DNA from: Camelus ferus
Taxonomy: Eukaryota
DNA length: 64,000 nucleotides
Direction: 5' to 3'
Assembly (NCBI RefSeq): GCF_009834535.1
Contig: NC_045697.1
Span: 72,604,001-72,668,000, forward strand
The notes beneath the pieces were generated by a model. The model saw only the letters and a list, made by a program, of their open reading frames with translations. It was not told the origin of the DNA and searched no databases. Below, piece by piece: positions 38,380-50,889 of this stretch. The position numbers were made by a program, and so were the translations under genes. The stretch's first letter is position 1. Every line of letters begins with the position of its first letter.

Positions 38380-39360
38380 AGATTGTTGCCAATTTTTCTA
38401 TATAGCTTATAAGACAGAATCCATCTCTAGACATCTTTACACTCTCATGCTTTTATTTTTGTAGAGTAGATTGATAGAAGTCAAAATATTGACCCAAATG
38501 ATACGTTTATTTTGAATTATAAGTACTACCAAATTGCTTCCTAAATAATTTCAACCAATTATACTACAATCAAGGGTATGTGAGTGTTCATTTTTCTGTT
38601 CCTTCACCATCACTTGATATTATCAATATTTCTATTTTTTCAGTTTTATGGAGAAAATGATATTTCATTATTGTTTTAACTTGCAGTTCCCTGACTGCAA
38701 ATAGGATTGACTATCCTTTCATTGCTTATTAGTAATACTTACATCTTATTTTCTGAATTATTCTTTTCTATTAAATAGTCCTTTGCTCTTATGACCATTT
38801 TTTTCATGTGGATTGTTTATCTATTCAGATATTTTGCTTACTTTTGAAAGTTCGGTTGGTTGTTTTCTTTTAAGTCTATAGAGTTCTTTATATATCCTAG
38901 ATACAAGTCCTTTACCAGATGTTATTTACATATATATACTCTCAATTTAGGACTTGTTTTAATGATGTTTTCACATAGCACATGATTGTGATTTTTATGA
39001 AGCCCAATTTATTGTGTCTTTCTTCTATGGTTTGTACTTCTGGTATCATATATAAGAACTATTGGCCCAACCCAGGGTCACAAAGATTTTCTCCTATGTT
39101 TATTTCTAAAGTTTTATAGGTTTAGATTTTAAATTATGTCTATGATCTATTTTGAGTTAATTTTTATATAAGGTGTGGGGCATGGGTTTATGTTCATTTT
39201 TGGCATATGCGTAGTCATTTGTGTCAGCACCATTCACTGAAAAGATTATCTTTACTACATGGAATTAACTTTGTCCCTTTCTAAAAAAGTCATTTGATCT
39301 TTCTGTTTGTATCTATTTCTGGATTCTCTATTTCATTCCACTTATGTATGTGTCTGTCTT
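38380..39360 (-). mobile_element. Old L1 (L1M) ORF2/3' fragment
   Basis: GAGTTCTTTATATATCCTAGATACAAGTCCTTT...GGGTCACAAAGATTTTCTCCTATG...TTTTGAGTTAATTTTT. Confidence 0.8.
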
Positions 39361-39433
39361 TAATTGTTATTTTTTTAAGCTACTAAATTTTAGGGCAGTT
39401 TGTTATACAGCAATATATGACTGACAGTATCAC

Positions 39434-39913
39434 TGTCAAGAACTGTGAAATATCTGAGATTTTACCCTTTTTGTAAGCTGACAAGTCAGCCTGCCACAGT
39501 TTCATGGATGCTGGTAGAAGACCCAAGAGTTCTGGGTCAGGGATGAAGAAAAGTTTATTACTCACAAAAAATAAAAATTTATTACTATTACTGCAGTAAC
39601 AGTAGCCAGAGTATCATTTTGTACTAGTTTTCTGAACCCCAATCCCCACAAGAAAGTGCAAAGAGGATCAAGAGACACTTGTACACATAGTGGATTAAAT
39701 TACAAAGGAGGAACCCTGAGCTTAAGGAATCTATATCTTTTATAATGATCAATAAGTAGGTATGCCTTCTCTTTTCTCTGCATTATCTCCATTTTCCAAA
39801 GGCTGTTCCTTATACAAATATCCTTGAAAAGATATGTTGGAATAAGGGGCACACAGTGCTTCACTTACAAGATCTACAGAAACATGAAACCTATGGAGAA
39901 TTGTCTCCCAACA
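39434..39913. mobile_element. Ancient solo LTR (ERV1/MER4-group-like)
   Basis: TGTCAAGAACTGTG...TCTCCCAACA termini; resembles eutherian LTR consensus sequences as I recall them. Confidence 0.6.
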
Positions 39914-39944
39914 GTTATGATTACATCTTTCCTGAAATACTCTA

Positions 39945-40725
39945 TGTCCAGTAGAAATAAAGTGAAATCCATGATACCTACTAGCCACTTTCAAAAAATG
40001 AAAAGAGAAACAAGTGAAATTAGCTTTAATAACATTTTAGTTAACCAAGTATCTTAAAAATATTATCATTTCAATGTAATCAATGTACAACAGCTTTAAT
40101 GAAATCTTTTCTTCATACAAAAATCTTCAAAGTTCACAGTGTTTTATACTCACTGTAAATCACAATTCTTTTTTTTCAATGTATATATATTTTTATTGAA
40201 GTATAGTCAGTTACAATGTGACAATTTCTGGTGTACAGCATAATGCTTCAGTCATACATGAACATATATTCATTTTCATATGCTTTTTCATTATAGGTTA
40301 CTATAACATATTGAATATAGTTCCCTGTGTTATACAGTAGAAACTTATTTATCTGTTTTATATATAATAGTTAGTATCTACAAATCTCGAACTCCCAATT
40401 TATCCCTTCCCACTCCCTTCCCCCTGGAAGCCGTAGTTTTCTTTCTATGTCTGTGAGTCTGTTTCTGTTTTGCAAATAAGTTCATTTGTCTTTTTTTTTA
40501 GATTTCATGTATAAGTTATATCATACAGTATTTTTCTTTCTCTTTCTGGCTTACTTCACGTAGAACGACAATCTCTAAAAACCTAAAAGTTTCCCCGAAA
40601 CTGAATCAATTATCAACTCTTAAATTAAAATTAAAAATTTAATTCTTCAGGTGCACTAGGCACATTTCAAATCCTCAATAGCCACATGGGACTGGCAGGC
40701 ACTGTATTGGATAGTATAGCTCTAA
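39945..40725. mobile_element. MER3/MER33-like hAT-Charlie element (split by the L1)
   Basis: TGTCCAGTAGAAAT...CTAGCCAC...AAATATTATCATTTCAATGTAATCAA and CACATTTCAAATCCTCAATAGCCACATG...GTATTGGATAG. Confidence 0.65.
40170..40575 (-). mobile_element. L1 3' end inserted into a MER3/MER33-like DNA transposon
   Basis: TTTTATTGAAGTATAGTCAGTTACAATGTG...TTTCTCTTTCTGGCTTACTTCAC. Related L1 3' ends lie at ~25790-26150, ~30130-30305, ~54690-54945, ~57480-57545 and ~60880-61215. Confidence 0.8.
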
Positions 40726-43700
40726 TCCCTTTGATTATAACATACATTCCTTCCCTGGTTCTCTTCTTTCTGGCCATCGCTCTTTGGTCTCTTTGATAAG
40801 CTCCTTATCTTTGCCTTATTCTTAGACATTATGGTGCCCAATGACTTCATTCAAAGTCCTCTTCTCTTTTTATTCTCTGTCCCCTACCATTGTTTTAGTT
40901 GCCATCTGTAGGCTGTTAACTCCCAAATCCATATCTCTAAACTAAAATCTTTCTTAGGCTTTAGAAATGTACATCTAACTCTACTGGACATCACATGAGC
41001 ATCCCACAGGCATCTCACAATTTCCCAAACTAGCCTCATATTTTTCATTAAATTAATTCTGTCTACTTTGTTGTAATTTTCAGCTGGTTCAACAAAAACC
41101 CACTTATCTAAGAGAAAAAAATTGGAAGTTACTTTTAACTACTGCTCTCACTCAGAGCTCACAACCAACAAACCAACAAGTCCTATGGGTTTTTTTTTCC
41201 CTAAATATTTTTGAACTCTTGCCTTCTTGTGCACCACTGATACCTCCCCTTCTTTCTTGTGACTAGCTCCGATTTTTTTTTTCCCAGAATCAGTTCAAAC
41301 ATCATTTTCCAAGGAGCCTTTGGTTCTTTATCCTCAGTGTTCCTGTGGTACCATAAATAGTACTTATAACTTGAAGCATCATATGACTTCCTAACTAGGC
41401 AGTAAGCTCTTTGAGAGCAGGACTCTGTCTCATTTTCCATATATTCCACTTTTTAAATTATTTAAATACCTGATGTATATCTTTTTGAAGCATCAGTTGA
41501 TGACATTTATCATGCCCTCAGCAACTTCATAATATTATAAGAGATGGAATGCAGATAGTTTAATGCCTGTAGAAAATGATTGTCCTCAAAGAGGTTTCTG
41601 TACTGAGAGAAGCAGCTGAAAATACCCATGAAGTAACTGTCTGCCTGAAAATGTTCATTTATATGTACTGCAACTAGAATGGGCCCTAATATGTAATTTT
41701 TTAAGGCTTAGAGCCATCTCTGCAGTAATCAGACATACATTGAAATGAGTGTATGTCAGTAATATTGAGAACTGCATCATTTTATTCCAGAATCCATGAA
41801 GAATGTTGCATCAGTAATTAGTAGAACAAGTTAACAAGTGGGGCACATACATTACATTTGCACAGTGGGTAAGAGTGATTGTTTTGATTATGATTTCCAT
41901 GTATGTGGTTTTTTGCTTCTTTGACTTTTACAGTCACTACTGTGTATATCCTAGTACAAGAGGATACACTGAATTTTTATAATAAAACATTTATTTAATT
42001 TGGTGAAGTATAAGATCTGCTCACCAGTAAAATGTCCTGGTCTAACTTTATTGCTGCATATGTTTCTCTAAGTATTCTGAAAAAACTGTTTAGTTTGGTT
42101 CTTGAAAATTTATTTTGGAAGTATTTTTACAAATGTATGTGTAGGAACACCTGAATTTTCTTGATGCACAGAGTAATAATGTTACGGATTTATTTGAAAA
42201 CCTGATAGTAGTACTCACTACGGCAAATCATTGAACTCTTTGTTAGAGTGTACCCTTGATTGTTTATTTTTCAATTTCTTCTAAACAGGTTTATAATTTG
42301 AGTGTTCTGTTTGTGAGATAACCTGTCATCTTGTGGCAAACTATTGGAGAGTTAACTGAAAATGGAAGCCCCTGAAAAATAGTTCATCCCTTTATCTTAC
42401 TGCCAACCTTGGCTTCTTCAGACTGAAAAAAAAAAAAAAACCCAATAAACCCAGTGATAATAACCCAGTTCTGCAGGAGTTTATGCACCTGTTATTTGGA
42501 AACAGAGTTCAGTGCCCACGTTACCTGCCTAAGAGATATGAAAGTGGCTGCCTCCGAGGAGCAGGAGTGGGTAGTAGATAAGGAGTAGAGACTGCTGTTT
42601 TTATTTTAAGCTTTTTAGCACTAGTTGATTTGTAAACTCTGTGCACATAATATTTCATTAAAAATAAACTTAGGGAAAGAAATGATCAATCCCAAACCTG
42701 GGCACTCGTTCCTGTGTTATTTCTTACAGACTAGATGTACACCCATTAAAAGGAGGTTAGAGTGGTTCACCTTGAGTGGGGCTTTTTCCAAAGCCCTCCA
42801 ATCATGAGCAGACAGCCAGGGAAGTCATAACCTGTATCAAGGGAACCACAGGTGAGAGATTCCTCAAACACTCCCAAAGAGAAAAAGGTACTTTCCAAAG
42901 CAGTCCTTTCTACTTTGCTTCCAAAGCCAGTGTGGTGGCTGGATGTTTCCTATTTAAAAGGTGAATGAAACCAGAAACCTTGAACTTGTGGATCCTTCGT
43001 AAAACCCTGGTCTCGTTAGAGCAGAATGCACTTGCATCATCAACATCCTTGATCTCTTTTGCTTGATAATTGAAGAAATAGTAAAATAAAATGAAAATCT
43101 CTCTAGCTGGGCCAAATTACCATTCTTAGCAATCCTTGTCCCTTGACCAGATTTTGTCATTGACCTAGTATGATAGATATTGAGGATAAAGTTGCCAGAA
43201 TGAATTCATGATTTATGGTGAGAACTGGGAAAGATGGAGACAAGGATAAAATGTGCCTTCCTGTGCCTACCATCTGGGCATGGCCTGCTATGAGCCCATT
43301 GCCTTTGGAGGCGTTGATCTCTGGAGTCTCATCAGTGAGATCCATTTGAGCAGCTACACAAGTCAGAGGAGGTCTCCAGGCAGAGTAAAAGGGAGGGGAA
43401 AGATAGAACTTTTGCGGGCTTCTCTGGATTATGTAGGGAGCGGGCTACTAAGGCAGAAGGCAACTCATGGAACTAATGACCCTCTGTTAGAGCAAGTGCC
43501 TCTAGATGGATTATATCAGATTTTCCAGGTGATGACTATGGATGGAATTCTCTGGAATTAGATTTTTTGAAACTATTTTCTTTTCTTTACCATTCAAGAT
43601 GACTTCAGTCTACTAATAAAACGTGGAGAAAGAGCATGAACTAGTGATTACTTTACCTCATTATACTTGTTATCCAGTTTTATTTCTTTAATTGTTCCCT

Positions 43701-44169
43701 AAGTAACAAGAGCTTTGTCAACTGTATTCACGAGGTCAAGATGCGCTGTGTCAGCCGTGTACTCCTGAGTGATCCTCAGTTAATAACTGAATAACGCTTT
43801 ATGCCAGGAACTAAGAACTTAGGATGCATCTTTGAGCAAAACAGATAAAAATATTTTGCTCTAATTTTGCATTTTTTTGTTTTACTCATATTTAGTAATA
43901 GCTTAGATCAAGAGATTTGAAATTCCAGCTACATTTCCGTTACCTGTAGATCTGTTTTCCTCTCCCCCACCACACCTACTTTAAATTTAAAGTATTTCAT
44001 GGTAAATGTTGAAATACAAATGTGTTTTTAATTTGATTGTTTTCCATCACTCCTATTTTTTTTCTGGTAAAGGCCATCAAGTATATTCTTTTTTTCCAAG
44101 TATATTCTTTTTGAATCTTTGTTACATTTGTTTATCATTTTATTTTAGCTAAGATGTTATATTCTAGGA

Positions 44170-46070
44170 GATGTTCTTAGCCACTAGATAGCAAAAAAAG
44201 ATAATTTATAAGTCAAAATCACAGAGTTAATGGATTACAAGATAATACTCAGGAGTTTGTTCAGCATATAGCCCAGATAGATGAAGTAATTTTAAAAATG
44301 TAATTAATTAGAAGTGGAGCTGAAGAGGCTCCAAAAGTCATACTCAAATCTAACAGGAATTTCAGAAGAAGTGAGTAGAGGAAATAAGAAATATTCAAAG
44401 AGGTAATGGCTAAGGAATTTTCAAAACTTGAGAAAGGTGAAATTCTTTGGATTGAAAATATACCCCAAAGGGCAAGTGAAGTGATTAAAAGTAACTATAC
44501 ATAGCCACAATTTGTGAAATGGGGGGATATCAAGAATAAAGAGAAAAATCTTAGAATCATCTGGAAAGGAAAAAGAGATTACTTAAGAGGTAGGGCAGTT
44601 AGATTGAGAACAAACTTCTCACCAGTAGTAGTATATGACAGAAGACAACAGAGAAATTATCCTCAAAGTGCTGTGGTAAAATAACTACCATTGAGAATTT
44701 TATATCTAGCTAATCTATTATAAGATTAAAAGTAAAAGAATAGATATTTGCAGACATAGAAATAGGAGAATTTATATACCCACACATGTTCATTAAAAAA
44801 CTACTAAAGCAAAAAAACAAAACAAAACAAAAACTACTAAAGCATGTGTTTTAGAGGGAGGAAGTGGAATGGAAGAAATGACAAATGCTGAAAGAGGCAA
44901 GTAGTAAAATACTGTCGTATTCTTCTAAGTGAGAAAATGTATATCAGGCATGTGCTTTCGTCCAGTAAGTGTGAATTAATGTTAGCTATTAGCAATTACT
45001 GTATTTTAAGAAGCAAGTGCTTAATATACATTTTCTCACTTAAAAAATAATATTTTATATATGCATGCTTTCTAGTTCAAAGGACAAAACATTTTCTATT
45101 TAGATTATAAAGACTATTCTATCATTGTTAATGTTTTAGCTGTCAGGGGTAATGAGTGGTGTTTTTGAAAAAGCTATCTGCTTCTAAAAGATATACCTAT
45201 ATACCCATCAGAATGGCTAAAATTAAAAATAATGATACCATCAGCTGTTGGTGAGGCTGCAAAGAAATTGAATCACTCATACATGGTTGGTGGGAATGTG
45301 AAATGGTACAGGCACTCTGGAAGATAGTTCGGCAGGTTCTTAAAAAAATTAAATGTGCACTTGCCATACAACGCAGCAATTGCACTTATGGGCATTTATC
45401 ACAGGGAAATGAAAACAAGTTCACACAAAATCCTGTATGAGAGTGTTCTTAGCAGCTTTATTTGTAGTGGCCCAAAACTGGAAACAACTCAAAGGACCTT
45501 CAGCAAGTAAGTGGATAAACAAAAATTGATACATTCGTACTGTTCAGTACTACTGAGCAATAAAAAGGAACCAGTGATACATGCAATCACTTGGGTGAGA
45601 TCTCAAAGTAATAATGCTGAGTAAAAAAAAGACCAATCTCAAAAGGTTTCATACCTTATGATTTCATTTATATATTGGAATAAAATTATAGAGACAGAAA
45701 ACAGATTGGTAGTTGCCAGGTGTTAGGAACAGGAGGTGGGAGAAGTGTGAGTGTGCTGTACAGAGGTGAAGGGGAGCCTTGTGGTGATAGAACAGTTTTG
45801 CATCTTGGTAGTGGTGGCCACACAAATCTACACGTGATAAAATTGCATGGAACTCCATACACACGTGAGTGCGTATAAAACTAGTGAAATCTGAAAGCTC
45901 TGTAGATTGTGCCAATGTAATTTTCATAGTTTTGGCACTGCACTATAGTTACGAAAGACGTTATTGGGAGCAACTAGATGAAGGGGACAGTATAAACTAC
46001 CTCACTGTACAGTTGTAGTTTTTTTTTTTTCAATTTTAGGTGAATCTGCAATTATTTCAAAATTAAAAGT
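44170..46070 (+). mobile_element. Old L1 fragments (ORF1-like piece, then L1M 3' end from ~45195)
   Basis: GAAATATTCAAAGAGGTAATGGCTAAGGAATTTTC; CCCATCAGAATGGCTAAAATTAAAA...GGTGGGAATGTGAAATGGTACAGGCACTCTGGAA. Confidence 0.75.
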
Positions 46071-47729
46071 TAGAATAGAGATCTACTCAATGTTTAGCAG
46101 TTTCATAATGATTATCCTAATCTTTGTGTTACAATTTTTGAAAGTATTTCATAAATTTCTATAGATGTGGAAGGAGGACTCTATACTAGGTAACATAGTC
46201 ATAAACAATTTTCCCAGGAAAAGGTTTTTTTTTTTTTTGCTTGCTTAAACAAAGCCACATTATTTTGTGAAGACGATTTATTTAATTTTTATAGATTGCT
46301 AATTATGTAGGACTTCAGGGTGGAACTGTGTCTTACTCATCTTTGTTTGCTTCCATGCCCTGTAACAAACAAAGCACCTTAATCATTTCAGACATTTAAC
46401 ACGTTCGCAGATTTTTAAATTTTGCTACCCTGTTCTGCATTGTATTACTCCAGGTGTGTAACAACTCCCCTTTTCCTTGATATTCATGAAAAAAACAATT
46501 TGACCAACGTACTAACAAAGGCATTTGTGTGGGCAGCTGGTTTCTCAGGTGGAAATGAGTGAAGATGGTTTACATGATACAGTGTATACAACTTAATATT
46601 AAATATTTAAAATTTCTCTTCTTAAAAGTTTTTGGTGACTTTTCTTATATGCCAGTTATTTCTGTAATCTGTAGCCTTCTGCCATGTTGTCTTATCCCTT
46701 CCACTCCATAGTCTCTTCTTTTCTCTTTTATATTCTTTCTTGCCCATACATTTCTGCATTAAAAAAATGGGTCGTCATTTCTTGGTTTCATTGTTTCTCT
46801 CCAGCTTATACTTTAAGAGTCTCACCTTTTATTCCTAGTAAAGACAATTCCTACATAAGTAGAACCTGGATACTGCCTATTAATAACCTGACATTGCAAC
46901 TTTTAGAACTGCCTTTAGTACTTTTTGGAACAGTTTGGGGTATAAGTAAATAAATAAGACAAAGTTATGTATATATCACACAGAAATACGTACATATGTG
47001 CATCAAAAGAGACATATAAAAATGTTAATAGCAGCGGTATTTGCAATGGCCAAAAAGGTAGAAACAACCAAATGCTCATCAATAGTAGAATGAATAAGTA
47101 AATTATGGCAGTTTCATATAATGAAGTACAGAATGAAAATGATGAAGTGCTGCTACCTACAGTGATATGGGTAAAACTCATAAATTTGATGTTGGGCACA
47201 AAAAGCTGGACACAAAAGAATACACATTGTTTGATCTATTTTAAATAAAATTCAGAAGTAGGTGAAGCAAATTAATAGGGTTAGAAATCAGTATAGTTGG
47301 GATGGTTTTTTTTTTGGGAAGAGGAGCATTATAATTGGTAAGGGCTTGATGGGGACTTCAGGGTGCTGGTAATAGTCCTTGATATTTGTAGAGATTGCAA
47401 AAATGTGTTCACTTTGTGAATATATATTGAGTTTATATATTATGTATACATAATATACATAGTTTGTATATTATACTTCAGTTACGTAGTTTATTTTTTA
47501 AAAGTTTTAAAAGTTAATTTTTAAAAAATATTTTAAATATTCTTATTTCTGTTTCACAGTTGAGCAAGCTAAACTTAAAAGACTGAGTTAAACAGATTGC
47601 TATTGAATCAGAAGTGGAATGTAGGTCCAGGGCTTCTGTACCACTAGTACTGCTTTCAAAGAGGGTTCACTTAGCATCCAGGTACATAATTAAACTTTTT
47701 CTGACACTCTTTACCCTTCCCCTTTTTCT

Positions 47730-48025
47730 CTAAAAGACCATGGACATATCTTTTAGGCTTTGTGGACTATGTGGTCTCTGCCATCATGGTGTGAAAGCAT
47801 GTATAGACAATTTGTAAATGAATAGGTGTGATGGTATTCTAGTAAAACTATTTATAGAAAATGAAACTTAATTTCATTTAATTTTTACATATTATAAAAT
47901 ATTATTCCTCTTTTGTTTTTTGTTTTTAACCATTCAAAAATGTAAAAACCATTCCTAGTTCCTCGGCCATACAAAAATGGGTGGCTGCTGGATTTGGCCT
48001 ATGGGCCTCAGTTTGACAAACCCTG
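47730..48025. mobile_element. MER58-like hAT-Charlie element
   Basis: TTTTAGGCTTTGTGGAC...CCATACAAAAATGGGTGGCTGCTGGATTTGGCC...AGTTTGACAAACCCTG. Confidence 0.75.
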
Positions 48026-49099
48026 TTTTAGGAAGTCTATTTGCAGTGTTGATATGAATGGCAGTTTATGTCCATAATTTATGTATTTCCTTATATATGT
48101 AGGCATGCTACATTGTGAGGCTTTTTAAATTGTAACATTTCCAGCTTATTTAGCATAATCACTAATTTCATAGCTCATAGGTTAAGCTAGAAAGTGTTCT
48201 GAAGAGCAGTTTTGTCTATGGTCTCTCTCTTGTGTTTTTCATTTCTTCCCTTTGCATTTAATGAGAATAAACAAAATGTTCTGGGATAAGAACAAAAGGA
48301 TTTATCAAATGTCAACAGCTGTTGAGCTATCCATCTGTCATTGAAAAAGAGTTTGATTAGCACCCTGGGGCAATCAAGCCATTTTAGCTCTGAATGTACT
48401 AGGAGAAAGAGGAAATAGAAGGCTCAGTTAACCAATGATGGGTATCACTACTGACAACATCTCATTTGGAGAAAGATTTAGATAACAAAAGAAGTAGTAA
48501 TTTGAAGATTTCTGATAAATTATCATTCTTATGAACTGTTTGGTAAAAAATATGAGAGGAGATCATGGCATATGAAAAGAAAGAGCTGAGAAAGTTACCT
48601 GTAAGTTTCTAAATCTTAAATTTGATGGTCAATAGATACATCATTGACTCTCAGTTGGTTTCCTGGGGCATACGTGCTGTAAATCTCCTACAAACGTGGC
48701 CCTGGATTTTGCTCGTTGAGTTTTGGCCACAGCTGAGGAGAGAAACTATTTTAGCAAATGCCTGGCAGACAACCTACCACTGTGCATGTCACAAGTGCAT
48801 GTCACACTGTGCATGCTGAGGAGTGGGGTACAACCTGCCCCAGGGAGCACATGAGAGGTGGCATATATCGTCAAATTGGCACCAAGGAAATGCTCATGTT
48901 TACTGGAACAGGTGAGGATTTGGCTTGATGAGTTTATGGGATGGAAATCAAGGCAGTTAACACTTCAACTCAAACAGCAGGATAGTGCTGAAGGTCATCT
49001 AAGGGCGTACTATAGTAATAGGTGGATACGGTTGCACTCCTTTAAATGTACAGTCAAATATTCTAGTATTCAAAGTGTGATCTGAACATGGTTTAAACA

Positions 49100-49310
49100 T
49101 GTGTTTCTTAATATAGCCACTATTGGGACTTTGGGCAGAATAGTTTTTTGTTGTTAGAATAACCTTGCATGCTTTGCAGGATGTTTATCATCCCTGGCCC
49201 CACCCACTAAGTGACAGCAGCGTCTGCTAGTTATTGGGACAACCAAACCATCTTCACATTCTTCCAAATGTGATATGCTACTACCACTCCTGGCCCAGAA
49301 CCACTGGCTT
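49100..49310. mobile_element. MER20-like element
   Basis: CACTATTGGGACTTTGGGCAGAATA...GCAGGATGTTTATCATCCCTGGCCCCACCCACTA...AGAACCACTG. Confidence 0.7.
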
Positions 49311-50889
49311 AAAGGATACGTCTTCTGTGTCACCAGTTTTACTCACAGTAACCTTTGCCAGACTGTTTGTTGGATAGATGGCTTATACAAACCAGAGTTT
49401 GCAACAGTAGACATCTTGGCAATAACACATAAAGATATGAAATGTTTCTTTCACCCTTCAGATGAACAAAGCAAAAAAGACACATTAAATAAAAGATGTG
49501 CTATCCTTAAAATTAAAGAACATTATTCTTTATTCTTTCTTTATATACAAGGCTGATAGAGTAGGAAGTTGTGTATGACTATTTCTAGTAAGCATAGCTT
49601 TTCACTAATTTCAATACATTGATCCTGCTCGTCCTTTGTGGATGATACATGTCGTGTTTGTCCTCTTTCACACGTCAGCCCTTCAGACACGTGAAATATT
49701 TATTTATGGCTTCCATAGGTAAACTGCTTTTAGTTATTTGGTTCTCATGAACTAGTACCTTATGTAAAGTAGTTTCCATACACTTCATTGTCCTTGTTTT
49801 CCTCTTGATACACTGTAATTCATCAGTATCCTTCTTAAGGTCTGGTGCCCAAAATTAAACCAGTCGGTGCAGCTCATCACTGTCAGGTTACAGTGAGTAT
49901 TGAGGACTGTGACCCTCTTTGATCTGGATGTCAACTTCCTGTCAGTGCAAATAAAGAATTGTGTTTTAGAAATCATGAATTATTATTTCTAATAATACTA
50001 ACATTTCTAATGTACTTTTGGTCATTTAAGACATCTTTGGTTGTTTTCATGGGAATTCCTGTTGTTCTTTTTCATCTTGTAGCTAAGTTATTGAGGTTTT
50101 ATTCTTATGTTTCAAACTTTGTTTTACTTTCACATTTTCTAATGTTGATTTTTAGCTTACCTAAACTTAGAAGGAATAGTTTGAGTCCTCATTATGTCCC
50201 CCTTTACATTAACAATCTCTTATACTTGTGTCAAAAGCAATTTTAAGCATACTTTTAATGTCTTTTTGCAAATTATCAATAAAAATGTTAAACAAGGTAC
50301 AGCCAATGATAGAGTTCCATGGAAAGTCACTAGAGAACAGTCTCCAGGTTGACACTTGCTAATTGGTGATCTAATTATTATTCTCAATTAGCAAATGTTA
50401 ACAGTGATTTCCTGTGAAGAGGAGGCTTGGGGAGCGGGTGGAAAATTTTAACTTTCTATATTTGTTGGTTTCGTGTTTTCCAGTGGATGTTCATTTATTT
50501 AGATTAAAAAAAAAAAAAGAACAGAACCTAGATATTCTTTTCTTTAACAGGTAATGAGGTAAAATTTACATGCAGTGACATGCAAAATATTAAGTGCACA
50601 ATTCCATAGATCTTGACAAATGTATGTCCCTTACATAAACACAAATCTACCAAGACAGAACATTTCTGTCACTCCAGAAGATTGCCTCCCCTTAGGTATT
50701 CTAAAACTAAAACTAAAACTATCTCCTTTTCTGACGGGACTTCAGTTCTTTCTTGATGGTGCTTGTTTTACTCTTCTGATTCATGGCAATCTCTGTCTCC
50801 CCAGGCCACATCAACCTGAGTTAAAAATAGGAATTCTCAAACATAATAAAACAGTGTTTCTTTGGACTTCTTCCATTATAAGGGAAAGC

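Noticed and set aside
43253..43561. 102-aa + strand ORF as a gene or processed pseudogene
   Set aside because: No recognisable family, poly(A) tail or TSD; kept only as part of a low-interest unexplained block.
48783..48815. Three TGCATG motifs (RBFOX-like or p53-like)
   Set aside because: No supported exon nearby, poor match to p53 half-sites, and probably part of a small repeat.
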